Of a DNA stretch of 64,000 nt, positions 37,239 through 50,339 are shown piece by piece. Every line of letters starts with the position of its first letter. Within the stretch, counting starts at the first letter, position 1. Source of the DNA: Mobula hypostoma. Taxonomy: Eukaryota. The translations under genes were made by a program, and so were the position numbers. Location of the stretch: positions 3,288,001 through 3,352,000 of the forward strand of contig NC_086101.1 in assembly GCF_963921235.1 (NCBI RefSeq), written 5' to 3'. Under the pieces are notes generated by a model. The model did no database searches. It saw only the letters and a list, made by a program, of their open reading frames with translations, and had not been told where the DNA came from.

Positions 37239-38064
37239 TAGTGGTTTCTGGTTAACTGGTACGTATTGGGACCAGCACATTTTGGTACAATTGAGCTGCT
37301 GCCCGAACTAGCCAGTTTTATGTAGATGTAAGATGTAGATAAAAAGCTATAAACAAAGGTAAACTTCCATTTAACTGAGGAACAAATTATGTATTCAAAT
37401 GAAATACAGAACAAATTGGAACACTGCCAATACTACTAAGTACTGTAAAGCTGTGTATTAGTTCCTAATTGTTATCAAAAAAGGAAATAATCCCGTGTAC
37501 GCTGCCGTGTTCTTCTAATTGACTATAAATGAAAAAAATCAGCACAGACACCTAGTCAGATAATGGACTGCCTTCACACAATGCTTTCGATGAACGCAAC
37601 CTCCAAATCTTCATTTTCATTGTAACATTCAAGATGATTGTTGATACCTTCAAATTCTTTGTAATTCTAACTTGTTTAAGTAGTGAAATGGTTTCGTTTT
37701 CTCTCCTGGCTGCTTCTGACATCACCAAGCCTGAATGCTTGAAACCACCGTGAGCAAAACTGTTCTGGATTATTTTAATGCTTTATTTCTCACCAACTAA
37801 AGAGTAGTGACAAAAATCACTGCTTTTTGAACACAAGTGCACTTAACTGACATTATTTCAAAACTGTCTGCTGTAAGTACAGTGTACTGTCCAACAGTAT
37901 ACGTTAGAGACTGTCCAGCAACAGTCTCCTGACTCAACAAGAGACGTAGCTTCCCGAATAAACGAAGGGAATCCTGACGCCTTCTTGATTAGTTTTTGTT
38001 CTTTAAAATTTTTCCCAAGCGACTGTCCTGATTAACCGGTGGCCCAATTAACCGGAACCCACTG
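37239..38064. mobile_element. Tigger/pogo-like non-autonomous DNA transposon
   Basis: Imperfect TIRs TAGTGGTTTCTGGTTAACTGG and CCAATTAACCGGAACCCACTG, flanked by TA at 37237 and 38065. Confidence 0.7.
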
Positions 38065-38109
38065 TATTTAATGTTTCTACCCTGGAAAAAGCTCTGTCTA
38101 CTGTCTGTC

Positions 38110-38518
38110 CAGGTACCATATCCGATGCGGACTGTGGTGACCATGGTTTTCCATATAGATCTATCCTTTGTTTTTTAGATGACTTCCATTTCCTCGATGT
38201 GTAGCCACCTGGCTATCCTTTTGATGTACATAAGCCGAGATCTTCCTCTAGGTTGGCTCCCCTCAATCTTTCCAAAGAGTATGAGTTTTTCTAGTTCATT
38301 TTCCATACGATGTGTCCTAGGAATCTGAGTTGTTTTCTCTTATTGTCGGTATGAGTGATCGAACTGCTTGGACTGTTCTGAGAACTTCTTCATTTGATGT
38401 GTGTGTGGTCCATGATATTTTTAACATTCTCCTGTAGAACCATAATTCAGCTGCTTCTAGTCTCTTTTCCATTGCTGGAGAAATGGTCCAGCACTCACTT
38501 CCAAAAGTCAGGATAGAC
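38110..38518 (-). mobile_element. RTE/BovB-like LINE 3' fragment
   Basis: Minus strand WFYRRMLKISW..SNEEVL..FLGHI..GKIEG..RGR. Confidence 0.75.
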
Positions 38519-38624
38519 TCTGTCTACACTTCTCAAAATTTTATTAACTTCTATCAGGTCCCCTCTCAGACTTTGGCACTCCAGAGAAAATGATCCAAGT
38601 TTTTCCGGCCTTTCCTGGACCTAA

Positions 38625-38892
38625 TTAGTGGTTAGCCCGATGCTTTCCAATACCAGTGACCTGGGTTCAATTCCCACCACTGCCTGTAAGGAGTTTGTAC
38701 TTTCTCCCCGTGACCACGTGGGTTTCCTCCGGATGCTCTGGTTTCCTCCCACAGTCCGAAGACGTACTGTTTGGTAGGTTACTTTGTCACTGTAAATTGT
38801 CCCATGATTAGGCTAGAGTTAAATTGGGGGATTGCAGGGCAGTGGGGCTCGAAGGGGCCATTCCGATTCCGGGCTGTACCTCAATAAATAAA
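38625..38892 (+). mobile_element. V-SINE (HE1-like), near full length
   Basis: GGTTCAATTCC B box, V domain GGAGTTTGTACTTTCTCCCCGTGACCACGTGGGTTTCCTCC, AATAAATAAA tail. Confidence 0.8.
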
Positions 38893-39180
38893 CAAGTAAA
38901 ATCTACTTCCTCTGAAGGCTAAAGACATTTGGCATGTCCCCTCAGACCCTCGCTAATTTTTATCAATGCTCCGTAGAAAGCATCCTAAACATAAAACATA
39001 GGTGCAGAATTTGGCCATTCAGCCAATCAGATCTGCTCTGTCATTCCATCACAGCTGAATGATTATCCCTTTTAACCCCATCCTCTCCTTAACCTTTAGT
39101 GCCTTGATCAATCACAAACCTATCAACCTCCGTTTTAAATTCCACTCATTCACCACCCTCTGGCTAAAGAAATTCCTCCT

Positions 39181-40341
39181 TTAGTGTGCAAACTTAAAGC
39201 ACACGGTATTGGGGGTAAGGTATTGGTGTGGGTGGAGAATTGGTTAGCAGACAGGAAGCAAAGAGTGGGAATAAACGGGACCTTTTCAGAATGGCAGGTG
39301 GTGACTAGTGGGGTACCGCAAGGCTCAGTGCTGGGACCCCAGTTGTTTACAATATATATTAATGACTTGGATGAGGGAATTAAATGCAGCATCTCCAAGT
39401 TTGCGGATGACACGAAGCTGGGTGGCAGTGTTAGCTGTGAGGAGGATGCTAAGAGGATGCAGGGTGACTTGGATAGGTTGGGTGAGTGGGCAAATTCATG
39501 GCAGATGCAATTTAATGTGGATAAATGTGAAGTTATCCACTTTGGTGGCAAAAATAGGAAAACAGATTATTATCTGAATGGTGGCTGATTAGGAAAAGGG
39601 GAGGTGCAACGAGACCTGGGTGTCATTATACATCAGTCATTGAAAGTGGGCATGCAGGTACAGCAGGCGGTGAAAAAGGCGAATGGTATGCTGGCATTTA
39701 TAGCGAGAGGATTCGAGTACAGGAGCAGGGAGGTTCTACTGCAGTTGTACAAGGCCTTGGTGAGACCACACCTGGAGTATTGTGTGCAGTTTTGGTCCCC
39801 TAATCTGAAGAAAGACATCCTTGCCTTAGAGGGAGTACAAAGAAGGTTCACCAGATTGATTTCTGGGGATGGCAGGACTTTCATATGAAGAGAGACTGGA
39901 TGAACTGGGCTTGTACTCGTTGGAATTTAGAAGATTGAGGGGGGATCTGATTGAAACGTATAAGATCCTAAAGGGATTGGACAGGCTAGATGCAGGAAGA
40001 TTGTTCCCGATGTTGGGGAAGTCCAGAACGAGGGGCCACAATTTGAGGATAGAGGGGAAGCCTCTTAGGACCGAGATTAGGAAAAACTTCTTCACACAGA
40101 GAGTGGTGAATCTGTGGAATTCTCTGCCACAGGAGACAGTTGAGGCCAGTTCATTGGCTATATTTAAGAGGGAGTTAGATATGGCCCTTGTGGCTACGGG
40201 GGTCAGGGGGTATGGAGGGAAGGCTGGGGCGGGTTCTGAGTTGGATGATCAGCCATGATCATAATAAATGGCGGTGCAGGCTCGAAGGGCCGAATGGCCT
40301 ACTCCTGCACCTATTTTGTATGTTTCTATGTTTCTATGTTT
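39181..40341 (+). mobile_element. Young CR1 copy, 5'-truncated, same subfamily as 1-1443
   Basis: Near-identical to 293-1443; premature TGA at ~39586 and a frameshift at ~39862; interrupts an antisense CR1 fragment. Confidence 0.93.
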
Positions 40342-41219
40342 ATCTCTGTTCTAAATGGTGTACCTCCATTCTAAGGCTGTGCCCTCTGGTCCTTGACTCC
40401 TCCAATATAAGAAACATCTTCTCCACATCCACTCTATCTGGGCCTTTCAATATTCAATTGGTTTCAATGAGACCCCTCCTCATCCTTCTGAACTCCAGCG
40501 AGTACAGGCCTCGAGCTATCAAGCGTTTCTCATACATTAACCCTTCATTTCTGGAAACAGCCCTGGAGAGTGCATCTCCTGGGGTACTGTACAAAGTGGG
40601 AGTGTGGGACTCTGCACAGGAACCCCTGCCAAGGGCAAACTGATAGGGCCACATCATCTACTGTGCCTTAATGGCATTGATTCAAGGGTGACATTTAGTC
40701 CCCAAATGCCCCAGGTCACAGGGAGACATCAGTGCTGCTCTGTAATACACAATATTGCCAGTAATGAGAGAGTCTGGGGGACACAGCCTCAGAACAGTGG
40801 GGCATCCCTTTGGAACAGAGATGAGGAGGAATTTCTTTAGCCGGAGGGTGGTGAATCTGCAGAATTCATTGCCACACTTGGCTGAGGCCAAGTCATTGGG
40901 TATCTTTCAGCCCATCACGTTTGCTCTGCCAGTCTGGGATCAGTCATGATGGAATGGCAGAATGGACTCGATGGGCTGAATGGCCTAATTCTACCCCTAT
41001 GCCTCGTGGTCTTATTTAAAACGAAGGTTGATAGGCTCTTGATTAGTTAGAGCTCCAAAGGTCACAGGAAGGCAGGAGAGTGGGGTTGAGAGGGATAATA
41101 AATCAGCCATGATGGAATGGTGCAGCAGACTTGATGGGCCAAAAGGCCTATAATATTACGGTTTTATTAGCTGTGAGGTGCTTGGCCTTGAGAAATGAAA
41201 TTCCGTCTGTGTGTGGCAG

Positions 41220-41447
41220 GAACAGACTCAGAGTCTCCACATCCACATCAGGTCCGAGTTTGCAGAGCTACACCAGCTCCTTGCTGAGAGAGAGCAGCAC
41301 CTGCTCCGCGCCCTGAGGCACCACGAACAGCAGCTTCTTGATGAGATGGAGAGGAACCTCCGCGCCCTCTCCCAGGACCTGGAATCGATCGACCGACGGC
41401 TGCTGGAGATGGAGCAGCAGGCCAGTGGGCCATTCCCGCCTCCAGAG
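41220..41447 (+). CDS. TRIM exon 3 (coiled coil; EQTQSLH...PFPPPE)
   Basis: ggcAG acceptor, GTacat donor, 228 nt, phase 0-0; IRSEFAELHQLLAEREQ motif. Confidence 0.9.
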
Positions 41448-41783
41448 GTACATCCCAGGCCAGGCCTTCCCTTCCTGCACCCTTGGAGCCCGTTGTTGGG
41501 TGGTCAGCCTGTGAATGTGGCAGTGTCCCACTGAAGAAATCATCCGCTGGACTGGGACAGCGTGAGGAGACAGCAAGCTGTGTGTGTGTGAGAGAGGGAG
41601 AGAGGGAGAGAACGAGAATGTTCCTCAGATTGCGGGTGAGAGGGGAGGGGAGGGGAGGGGAGAGGAGAATAGGGGGAAGTGCTGGGGGGGGAGGGCAAGG
41701 GGTGACGGCATGAATTGGAGTGTGAAGAGATGACAGTTCAGTGAACCCCCATGTCTCTCTCTCTCTCTCTCTCTGTATCACAG

Positions 41784-41806
41784 GAGAGCACATCATTCCG
41801 CAGCAG
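41784..41806 (+). CDS. TRIM exon 4 (23-nt micro-exon)
   Basis: (CT)n tract + cacAG acceptor, GTgagt donor; phase 0-2 joins the neighbouring exons in frame. Confidence 0.88.
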
Positions 41807-41888
41807 GTGAGTGAGCCTCTCACGGGAACACTCTGCGCGACTGGGCACGGACTCACTCATCCCGAACACTCTCCTTCCCCCCCCTCAG

Positions 41889-42001
41889 GCCGGAGCGACG
41901 CGGGAGCCAGCCGGTGCTGGCCCTGCAGCTGCCCTTGGGGGTCTTCAGGGGACCCTTGCAGTACGCGGCTTGGAAAGGGATGCTGGATCACCTCAGCCCA
42001 G
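41889..42001 (+). CDS. TRIM exon 5 (linker; ..FRGPLQYAAWKGMLDHLSP)
   Basis: ctcAG acceptor, GTaggg donor, 113 nt, phase 2-1; GPLQY..WK.M motif. Confidence 0.9.
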
Positions 42002-42443
42002 GTAGGGGATACCTCACTGCAGGCCCCCACCCCTCCCCTCCCTTCGCCTACTGACACACAGCCCCACCCCTCCGACACGGGAACTACACCCCGTATCAGA
42101 ATTGGGACTCCTCCTTGCCTCCTCCACTGTCCTGCTGTAATGCCAACCCCCCCCAGATATCATACCCACCCGCTCATACACGAAAGCATACGACTTAGGA
42201 ACAGAATTAGGCCATTCAGCCCATCGATACTACTCAGCCATTCCATCATGGCTGATTTTTATTTCAACCCCATTCTCCTGCCTTGTCCCCATAACATTTG
42301 ATGCTCCGACTAAACAAGAACCTATCAACCTCCACTTTACCTATACTCAGTACTTGGCCTCCATGCCAGTCTGTGGCAATGAATTCCAGATTCACCACCC
42401 TCTGGCCTCATCTCTGTCCTATATGGACATCCTATTTTGAGGC

Positions 42444-42800
42444 TGTGTCCTCTGGTCCTGGTCTTCCCCACTATAGGAAACAGGCTCTCCACATCCACTC
42501 TGTGTCCTCTGGTCCTAGACTCCCCCCCACTATAGGAAACATCCTCTCCACATCCACTCTGTCAGTGTCTTCTGGTCCTGAACTCCCCCAATGTAGGAAA
42601 CATCCTCTCCACATCCACTCTATCTGTGTCCTCTGGTCTTAGACTCCCCAACTATAGGAAACATCCTCTCCACATCCACTCTATCTGTGTCCTCTGGTCT
42701 TAGACTCCCCCAGTATAGGAAACATCCTCTCCACATCCACTCTATCTGTGCCCTTTGGTCCTAGTCTCCCCCACCGTAGGAAACATCCTCTCCACATCCT
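42444..42800. repeat. Six tandem copies of the same ~61-bp CR1-derived unit as 3217-3460
   Basis: Direct reading of the repeated unit. Confidence 0.9.
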
Positions 42801-43502
42801 TCATGAGGACTCCTGAGTCCCTGTAAAGCTCTGTTTTCTGAAGTTTCTTTTCATTTAGAAAATGGTCTACCACTTTATTCCTTCCACCGAAGTGCATGAC
42901 CATACACTTCCCGACACTGTAGTCCATTTGCTTCTTCTTTGCTCGTTCTCCAAATCTGTCCAAGTCCTTCTGCAGAATCCCTGCTTCCCCTCACCCCTCC
43001 TCAATCCCCACTCTCCCACTCTCCCACAGAACCCTCTGGTGATCGTGTTTCCCGTCACGACATGTGAAGTGCAACTGAGATGGGTAGGAGAGGGGTTTGT
43101 CCTGGATCAGTGGGTGGGTGGAGCCCCAGGTCTGCAGGGGGAGGACCAGGGGTGGCAGGGGCATTGCAGGTCTCCGGAGTTGAGCTGTTTCTCCCGGGTC
43201 TAAGGAATAAAGGCGCAGCCTATTTTCTAAATGGGGAGCAAATTCAGAAAACAGAGGTGTAAAGGGACTTGGGAGGCCTCAAGCAGGATTCCCTAAAAGT
43301 TAACTTGCAGGATAAATCGGTGGTAAAGAAGGCAAATGAAATGTTAGCACATTGATTTCAAGAGGACTAGAATATAAAGGCAAGGGTGTAATGCTGGGGC
43401 TCTATAAGGCATTGGTGAGACTACACTGGGAGTATGTGAACAGTTTTGGCCCATTATCTAAGAAAGGACATTGGAGAGGTTCACGGGAATGATCCCTTGA
43501 AT

Positions 43503-45650
43503 GACCATAAGATATAGGAGCAGAAGTAGGCACATTTCCGCCCATCGAGTCTGCTCTGCCATTCAATCATGGGCTGATCCAATTCTTCCAGTCATCCCCA
43601 CGCCCCTGCCTTCTCCCCATATTCTTTGATGCCCTGGCTAACCAAGAACCTATCTATCTCTGCCTTAAATGCACCCAATGACTTGGCCTCCACAGCCACA
43701 CATGGCATCAAATTCCACAGATTTACCACCCTCTGACTGAAGTAATTTCTCTGCATCTCTGTTTTAAATGGACGTCCTTCAATCCTGAAGCCATACCCTC
43801 TTGTCCTGGACTCTCCTACTATGGGAAATAACTTTGCCATATCTATTCAGTTCAGGCCTTTTAAGATCCGTAATGTTTCTATGAAATACCCCCACATTCT
43901 CCTGAACTCCAGGGAATACAGCCCAAGAGCTGCCAGACGTTCCTCCTATGGTAACCCTTTCATTCCTGGAATCATTCTCATGAATCCTTTCTGAACCCTC
44001 TCCAATGTCAGTATATCCTTTCTAAAATAAGGAGCCCGAAACTGCACACAATACTCCTAAGTGTGGTTTCATGAGTGCCTTATAGAGCCTCAACATCACA
44101 TCCCTGCTCTTATATTCTATACCTCAAGAAATGAATGCCAACATTGCATTTGCCTTCTTCACAACCGACTCAACCTGGAGGTTAACCTTCAGGGTATCCT
44201 GTACAAGGACTCTAAAGTCCCTTTGCATCTCTGCATTTTGAATTCTCTCCCCATCTAAATAATAGTCTGCCCATTTATTTCTTCCACCAAAGTGCATGAC
44301 CGTACACTTTCCAACATTGTATTTTATTTGCCACTTCTTTGCCCATTCCTAACTATCTAAGTCTCTCTGCAGGCTCTGTTTCCTCAACACCACCCGCTCC
44401 TCTACCTATCTTTGTGTCATTGGCAAATTTAGCCACAAACCTATTAATCCCATAGTCCAAAACATTCACATACAACCTAAAAAGCAGTGGTCCCAACACT
44501 GACCCCTGTGGAACTCCACTGGTAACCAGCAGCCAGCTAGAATAGAAACATAGAAACATAGAAAATAGGTGCAGGAGTAGGCCATTCGGCCCTTCGAGCC
44601 TGCACCGCCATTTATTATGATCATGGCTGATCATCCAACTCAGAACCCCACCCCAGCCTTCCCTCCATACCCCCTGACCCCCGTAGCCACAAGGGCCATA
44701 TCTAACTCCCTCTTAAATATAGCCAATGGACTGGCCTCAACTGTTTCCTGTGGCAGAGAATTCCACAGATTCACCACTCTCTGTGTGAAGAAGTTTTTCC
44801 TAATCTCAGTCCTAAAAGGCTTCCCCTCTATCCTCAAACTGTGGCCCCTCGTTCTGGACTTCCCCAACATCGGGAACAATCTTCCTGCATCTAGCCTGTC
44901 CAATCCCTTTAGGATTTTATACGTTTCAATCAGATCCCCCCTCAATCTTCTAAATTCCAACGAGTACAAGCCCAGTTCATCCAGTCTTTCTTCATATGAA
45001 AGTCCTGCCATCCCAGGAATCAATCTGGTGAACCTTCTTTGTAATCCCTCTATGGCAAGGATGTCTTTCCTCAGATTACAGGACCAAAACTGCACTCAAT
45101 ACTCCAGGTGTGGTCTCACCAAGGCCTTGTACAACTGCAGTAGTACCTCCCTGCTCCTGTACTCGAATCTTCTCGCTATAAATGCCAGCATACCATTCGC
45201 CTTTTTCACCGCCTGCTGTAACCTGCATGCCCACTTTCAATGACTGGTGTATAATGACACCCAGGTCTCGTTGCACCTCCCCTTTTCCTAATCGTCCACC
45301 ATTCAGATAATAATCTGTTTTCCTATTTTTGCCACCAAAGTGGATAACTTCACATTTATCCACATTAAATTGCATCTGCCATGAATTTGCCCACTCACCC
45401 AACCTATCCAAGTCACCCTGCATCCTCTTAGCATCCTCCTCACAGCTAACACTGCCACCCAGCTTCGTGTCATCCGCAAACTTGGAGATGCTGCATTTAA
45501 TTCCCTCATCCAAGTCATTAATATATATTGTAAACCACTGGGGTCACAGCACTGAGCCTTGCGGTACCCCGCTTGTCACCGCCTGCCAATAGGATCCCTT
45601 TATTCCTACTCTGTTTCCTGCTGACCAGCCGATGTCCCACCCATGTTAGA
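43503..45650 (-). mobile_element. Older CR1 (43503-44545, resuming at 45588) hosting a nested young CR1
   Basis: Antisense CR1 RT and 3' text on both sides of the insert. Confidence 0.85.
44546..45587 (-). mobile_element. Young CR1 copy, 5'-truncated, same subfamily as 1-1443
   Basis: (ATAGAAAC)n tail at ~44542-44565; AATAG at 44541-44545 and 45588-45592. Confidence 0.92.
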
Positions 45651-46720
45651 AACTCCCCAATGATGATCATGACATCGCCCTTCTGACACGCCTTTTCTAT
45701 ATGCCGCTGTAATTTGTAATGCACATCCCGGCTGCTGTTTGGAGGCCTGTATACAACTGGAGGGATCACCCGTGAATGAAAGGGCCTGGGTCTCTACTCA
45801 CAGGAGTTTCGAAGAATTGGTGGTGGGGGGGGGGGTGGTTCTGAAGGAAACCTATCAACTATTAAAAGGCCCAGATAGAGTGGATGTGGAGAGGATGTAG
45901 GGGAGTGGGTCCCCCTATAGTGGGGGAGTCAAGGACCGGAAGACACAGCCTGTGAATAGAGGCACTTCCCTTTACTACAGAGATGAGGAGGAATTTCTTT
46001 AGCCAGACGGTAGTGAATCCGGAATTCTCTGCCACAGAGAGTTGTGGAGGCCAAGTCACCGGGTGTAATTAAAGAGGGGGTTGACAGGTTCTTGATTAGT
46101 GAAGGTGTCGAAGGTTACGGGAAGAAGGCGGGAGAATGGAATTGAGAGGAATCAGTCATGATGAAATGGTGGAACAGACTCGAATTGAGAATGGAATAAT
46201 AAATGGAGCAGACTGAATGGGCTGAATGGCCTAATCCTGCTCTTGCCTTATGGACTGAATCCTGTGATGGGAGGGGGAATGAGTGCAAGAATCCGGGGGT
46301 GGATTGTGGGGGGCGTTTGTGGGAGCAGTGGAGTCTTGGGGGAGGGTCCACAGTCTGGGGGTGGGGTTATGGAAGAAAATGCTGGTGGTAGCAGGGTCTT
46401 TGGGGAGAGGTGTGACCATCTGGGGGTAAGAGGTGTAGGGGGAAGGTCCAAGGTCTGGGGGTGGACTGGGGAGGGGGGTTGTGGGACCAGATGGTGGTGG
46501 TCGCAGGGTCTTTGGGGAGAGGTGTGACCATCTGGGGGTAAGAGGTGTAGGGGGAGGAATCAGAGTTGGGGGGATTCGCCTTCCTGAATTACCCTGGGGA
46601 GGTAAGGGAGGAGGAGCGGCAGAGTCCGTGTACTAATCTCTCTCCTCTTTTTACCCTCTTCCCTCATCTCCCCCTCCCACCTCCTGCTCTCCCTCACCCT
46701 TTACCCCTCCCCGTCCACAG

Positions 46721-47262
46721 CTCTCAGCACCTTCACCCTCGATCCGGACAGCGCTCACCGCCGCCTCCTGCTCTCCGAGGACCTGAGAGCGGTCAGTCAC
46801 GGTGATGGCAGCCTGCCCCCGGCAGCGCCTGGCCCACGCCGCTTCCACCCCTACGTGTGCGTGCTGGCAGCACAGGGCCTCGCCTCAGGCAAGCACTACT
46901 GGGAGGTGGAAGTGGGCGGCAAGCCCAAGTGGGACGTGGGCTTGGTGCACGAGTCTGTCGACCGGGCGGGGCGGGAGCCGCCGTCCCCCGGTGTTGGCTA
47001 CTGGATAGTGTGGCTGCGGAACGGCCACGAGTACTGGGCGCTGACCGAGCCCCGCACCCGACTCAGCCCCCGGAGGTCGCCCCGCACCGTGGGCGTCTAC
47101 CTAGACTACGAGGGCGGGCAGGTGTCGTTCTATGACGCGGATGGGATGGCCCACCTCCATACCTTCACTGATACCTTCACCGAGACCCTCTACCCCTACT
47201 TCAGCCCAGGTCTCAATGATGGAGGGAGGAACTCCGAGCCCTTGCGCATTCGCTGGCTGTGA
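46721..47262 (+). CDS. TRIM exon 6, PRY-SPRY (B30.2) domain to the stop codon
   Basis: cacAG acceptor, phase 1; TLDPDSAH..GKHYWEVEV..WDVG..VGVYLDYEGGQVSFYD..LYPYFSP; joined CDS 1371 nt = 456 aa. Confidence 0.95.
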
Positions 47263-47289
47263 CCGCCTATCTGCATCTCCACCTCGCCC

Positions 47290-48300
47290 ACGAAAGGGAC
47301 AGCACACTGGCTGGTAGGTGGGAGGCAAAGAATGGGAGTAAAGGGAGCCCTTTCGGATTGGCCGCCAGTGGCTAGTGGTGTTCCACAGCAGTTTGTTGGA
47401 ACTGCTTCTTTTTATGTTATGGGTCAATGATTTCGATGAAAGAATTGATGGATTTGTGGCCAAGTTTGTGGACAATACGAAGATAGGTGGAGAGGCAAGT
47501 AGTGTTGAGGAAGCAGGAGTCGGATATACTTGGAGAATGAGCAAAGCAGCGAGGTGTCGGGAAGTGCATGGCCTTGCACTTTGGTGGAAGAGATAAAAAC
47601 ATCGACTATTTTCCGAAGGACAGAAAATTGTGCAAAGGGAGTCTGTGTGTGGGATTCTCCAATGGCCAACTTGCAGGTTGAGACAGCGGAGCAGAAGCCA
47701 AATGCAATGCTGGCATTCATCTTGAGAGCACGAGAATACCAAAGCAAGGGTGTAATGCTGAGGCTTTATAAGGCACTGGCGAGGCCTCACGGAGTACTGA
47801 GAGCAGTTTTGGGCCCCTTATCGAAGGAAAGATGTGTTGAGATTGGAGAAGATCCAGAGGAGGTTCACGAGAATTGTACCAGGAAAGAAAGGGTTAATGT
47901 ATGAGGAGCGTTTGATGGCTCTGGGCCTGTACTCACTGGAGTTTAGAAGAATCGGGGGTGGGAGGGAATCTCACTGAAACCTATTGAATATCGTAAGGCC
48001 TAGATAGAGAGGATATTTTCTATATTGGGGGAAATCTAGGACAGAGGGCACAGCTTCAGAATAGAGGGACATCCCTTTAGAACAGAGATTAGGAGGAATT
48101 TCTTTAGCCAGAGGGTGGTGAATCTGTGGAATTCATTGCCACAAACTGCTGTGGAGGCCAAGTCATTGAGTATATTTAAAACAGAATTCAACAGGGTGTC
48201 AAAGGTTACAGGTAGAAGGCAGGAGAATGGGGTTGAGAGGGATAATAAATCAGCCATGATGGAATGGTGGGGCAAATGGCCTAATTCTGCTCCTATGCTT
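47290..48300 (+). mobile_element. Degraded CR1 fragment directly after the TRIM stop codon
   Basis: VAKFVDNTKIGG, NAMLAFI, RVVNLWNSLP remnants. Confidence 0.8.
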
Positions 48301-50339
48301 GAAGTCATATGGGCGTGCCATGGTTGGCCTGGGATGCCCACTGCCACTGGAGCCAGTTCAAAGCCCTCCTCGCTATATAGGATCCAGTTGAGAACACGGG
48401 ACATGGCAAAGACAGCTTTGTAGGTCACATTGACGGAGGGCAGATCGGATCCAATCTAGCCAAGTACCGGCATCACACTGTGAAGCCAATCAACATTTGG
48501 AGTCAGGGACCCTTCCTCGCAGATGCTGCTGAGTTCTTCCAACATTTCTGCTTTACTTACTAATTCCTGCCCTGTTTGTTGTTAGCTGTGAGAGTGAAGG
48601 AAGGTCGAACAGTGACACTCTTTGGCCAAAGATGTGCTGATCTTTTCACCTACTCCGAGATCAATCTAACCCTTGCCTCCCACGTAGAGGCCCTCTGCTG
48701 GCCGGGTTCGACCATGCACGTTGCATCCCAGCAAGCCAAGGCAGAGCAAGCTGTTGCCCATGTAGCAGGCTACCTCTCTCCATGCAGCTGATCAGTCCAG
48801 AGGGACGGCAGAGGCCAACAGAGTCTGGCACCAGCGCATCGCAGGAGTCGCCGATCAGTATTGAACTCAATGTAGGACTATCTTAGGGACTCCAGCCCTG
48901 GATTTTTCCCGAAGCCTTCCCCATGAGTGGGTGTAGACGCAAGGCAGCGGAGGTTTGAGAACAGTGTTTTCCTTCTCCTAGATGAGCTGCCAACCCATGT
49001 CTGACGAGCTCCATCTGTCCGAAGCGACTGTATTTAAGGTGACAGTAATCCACCTTTGCCCCTTCTCTTGTTGCGCTGGGCTTCGTAGCTAAGCCACGCA
49101 TGAAGGCCAGGAGTTGGACTTGGTTGTCAGAGACTTTTAGAGACCTATGCCATTGAGAGCATTTAATAGATGGTGGAAGTTTATCCCCCAGTAACACCCC
49201 CAACACCAGCTATGACAGCCTTAAGGAACCAAGCCAGCCCTCCAATTTTCTTCACCCACTTGCTTCTCTGAGAGATTTGTAAATGTCCCGATTGCAATGC
49301 GTCTGCCACCATCCCTGGCCCTGTGCTTCAGGCATTCACCACTCTCTTTTAAAAAAATGTCCCCCACTACTTTCAGAGGGTCATAAAGTACAGCACAGAA
49401 ACAGGCCCTTTGGCCCATCTAGTCCATGTCAAAACCATTTGAACTGCCTACTCCCATCGACCTACACAGGCACCAGAGCCCTTCCATATCCCGACTATCC
49501 ATCTACCTTCTCCTAAACATCGAATTTAAGCTCGCATGCACCATTTGGGCTGGCAGCTCGTTCCACACTCTCATGACCCTCTCTGAGTGAGGTTTCCCGT
49601 CACGATCCCTGAAACATTTTGCCTTTCACCCCTAAGCCATCACCTCTGATTGTAGTCCCACTCAACCTCAGTGAAAAAAGCCTGCTTGCATTTACCCTAT
49701 CTATACCCCTCATAATTTTGTATACCTACGATTGGCTCTGGACCTGTTCTTGCTGGAGTTTAAAAATGAAGGGGGTGGGGGGGGATCTTATTGAAACCTA
49801 CTGAATATTGAAAGGCCTCGACAGAGTGGATTTTTTTTTATAGTGGGGGTGTATATGACCAGAGGGTACAGCTTCAGAGTAGAAGGACGTCCCACTGGAA
49901 CGGAGATGAGGAGGAATTTCTTTAGCCAGAGGGTGATGAGTCTGTGGAATTCATTGACACAGGTGGCTGTGGAGTCGAGTCATTGGGTACATTTAAAATT
50001 ATTGGTTCTTGATTAACAAGGGTTACAGGGAGAAGGCAGGTAAAGGACTTGAGAAGGAAAATAATCAGCAATGAAGGATTGACAGAGCAGACTCAAGGGG
50101 CTGAATGGCCTCATTCTGCTCCTATGCCTTATTGGCAAAACCCCAGTTCTGGGGCCACACTTCAGGAGTTCCTCAGGGCCCAACCACCTCCAGGGACTCC
50201 TCCTATTTCAAGGTCAGGTGGGGATAGTCATATTTGCACAGTTGAAGTTAAAGTTTAATTGTCATTAACCATACACACGAACAGCTAGACAAAATACCAC
50301 TCCTCCGGGGCCAAGATGCAAAACACAGACTGAACAGTC

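Noticed and set aside
44617..45243. Antisense ORFs over CR1 copies (also 259-663, 7710-8171, 39150-39551)
   Set aside because: Shadow frames of CR1 ORF2; they recur only because the element does.
46391..46555. ~52-bp direct duplication upstream of TRIM exon 6
   Set aside because: Ordinary local duplication in G-rich intronic DNA, with no sign of function.
46801..46860. Apparent frameshift in PRY (the ORF track starts only at 46855)
   Set aside because: Manual translation from the phase-1 acceptor at 46721 stays open through to the stop codon.
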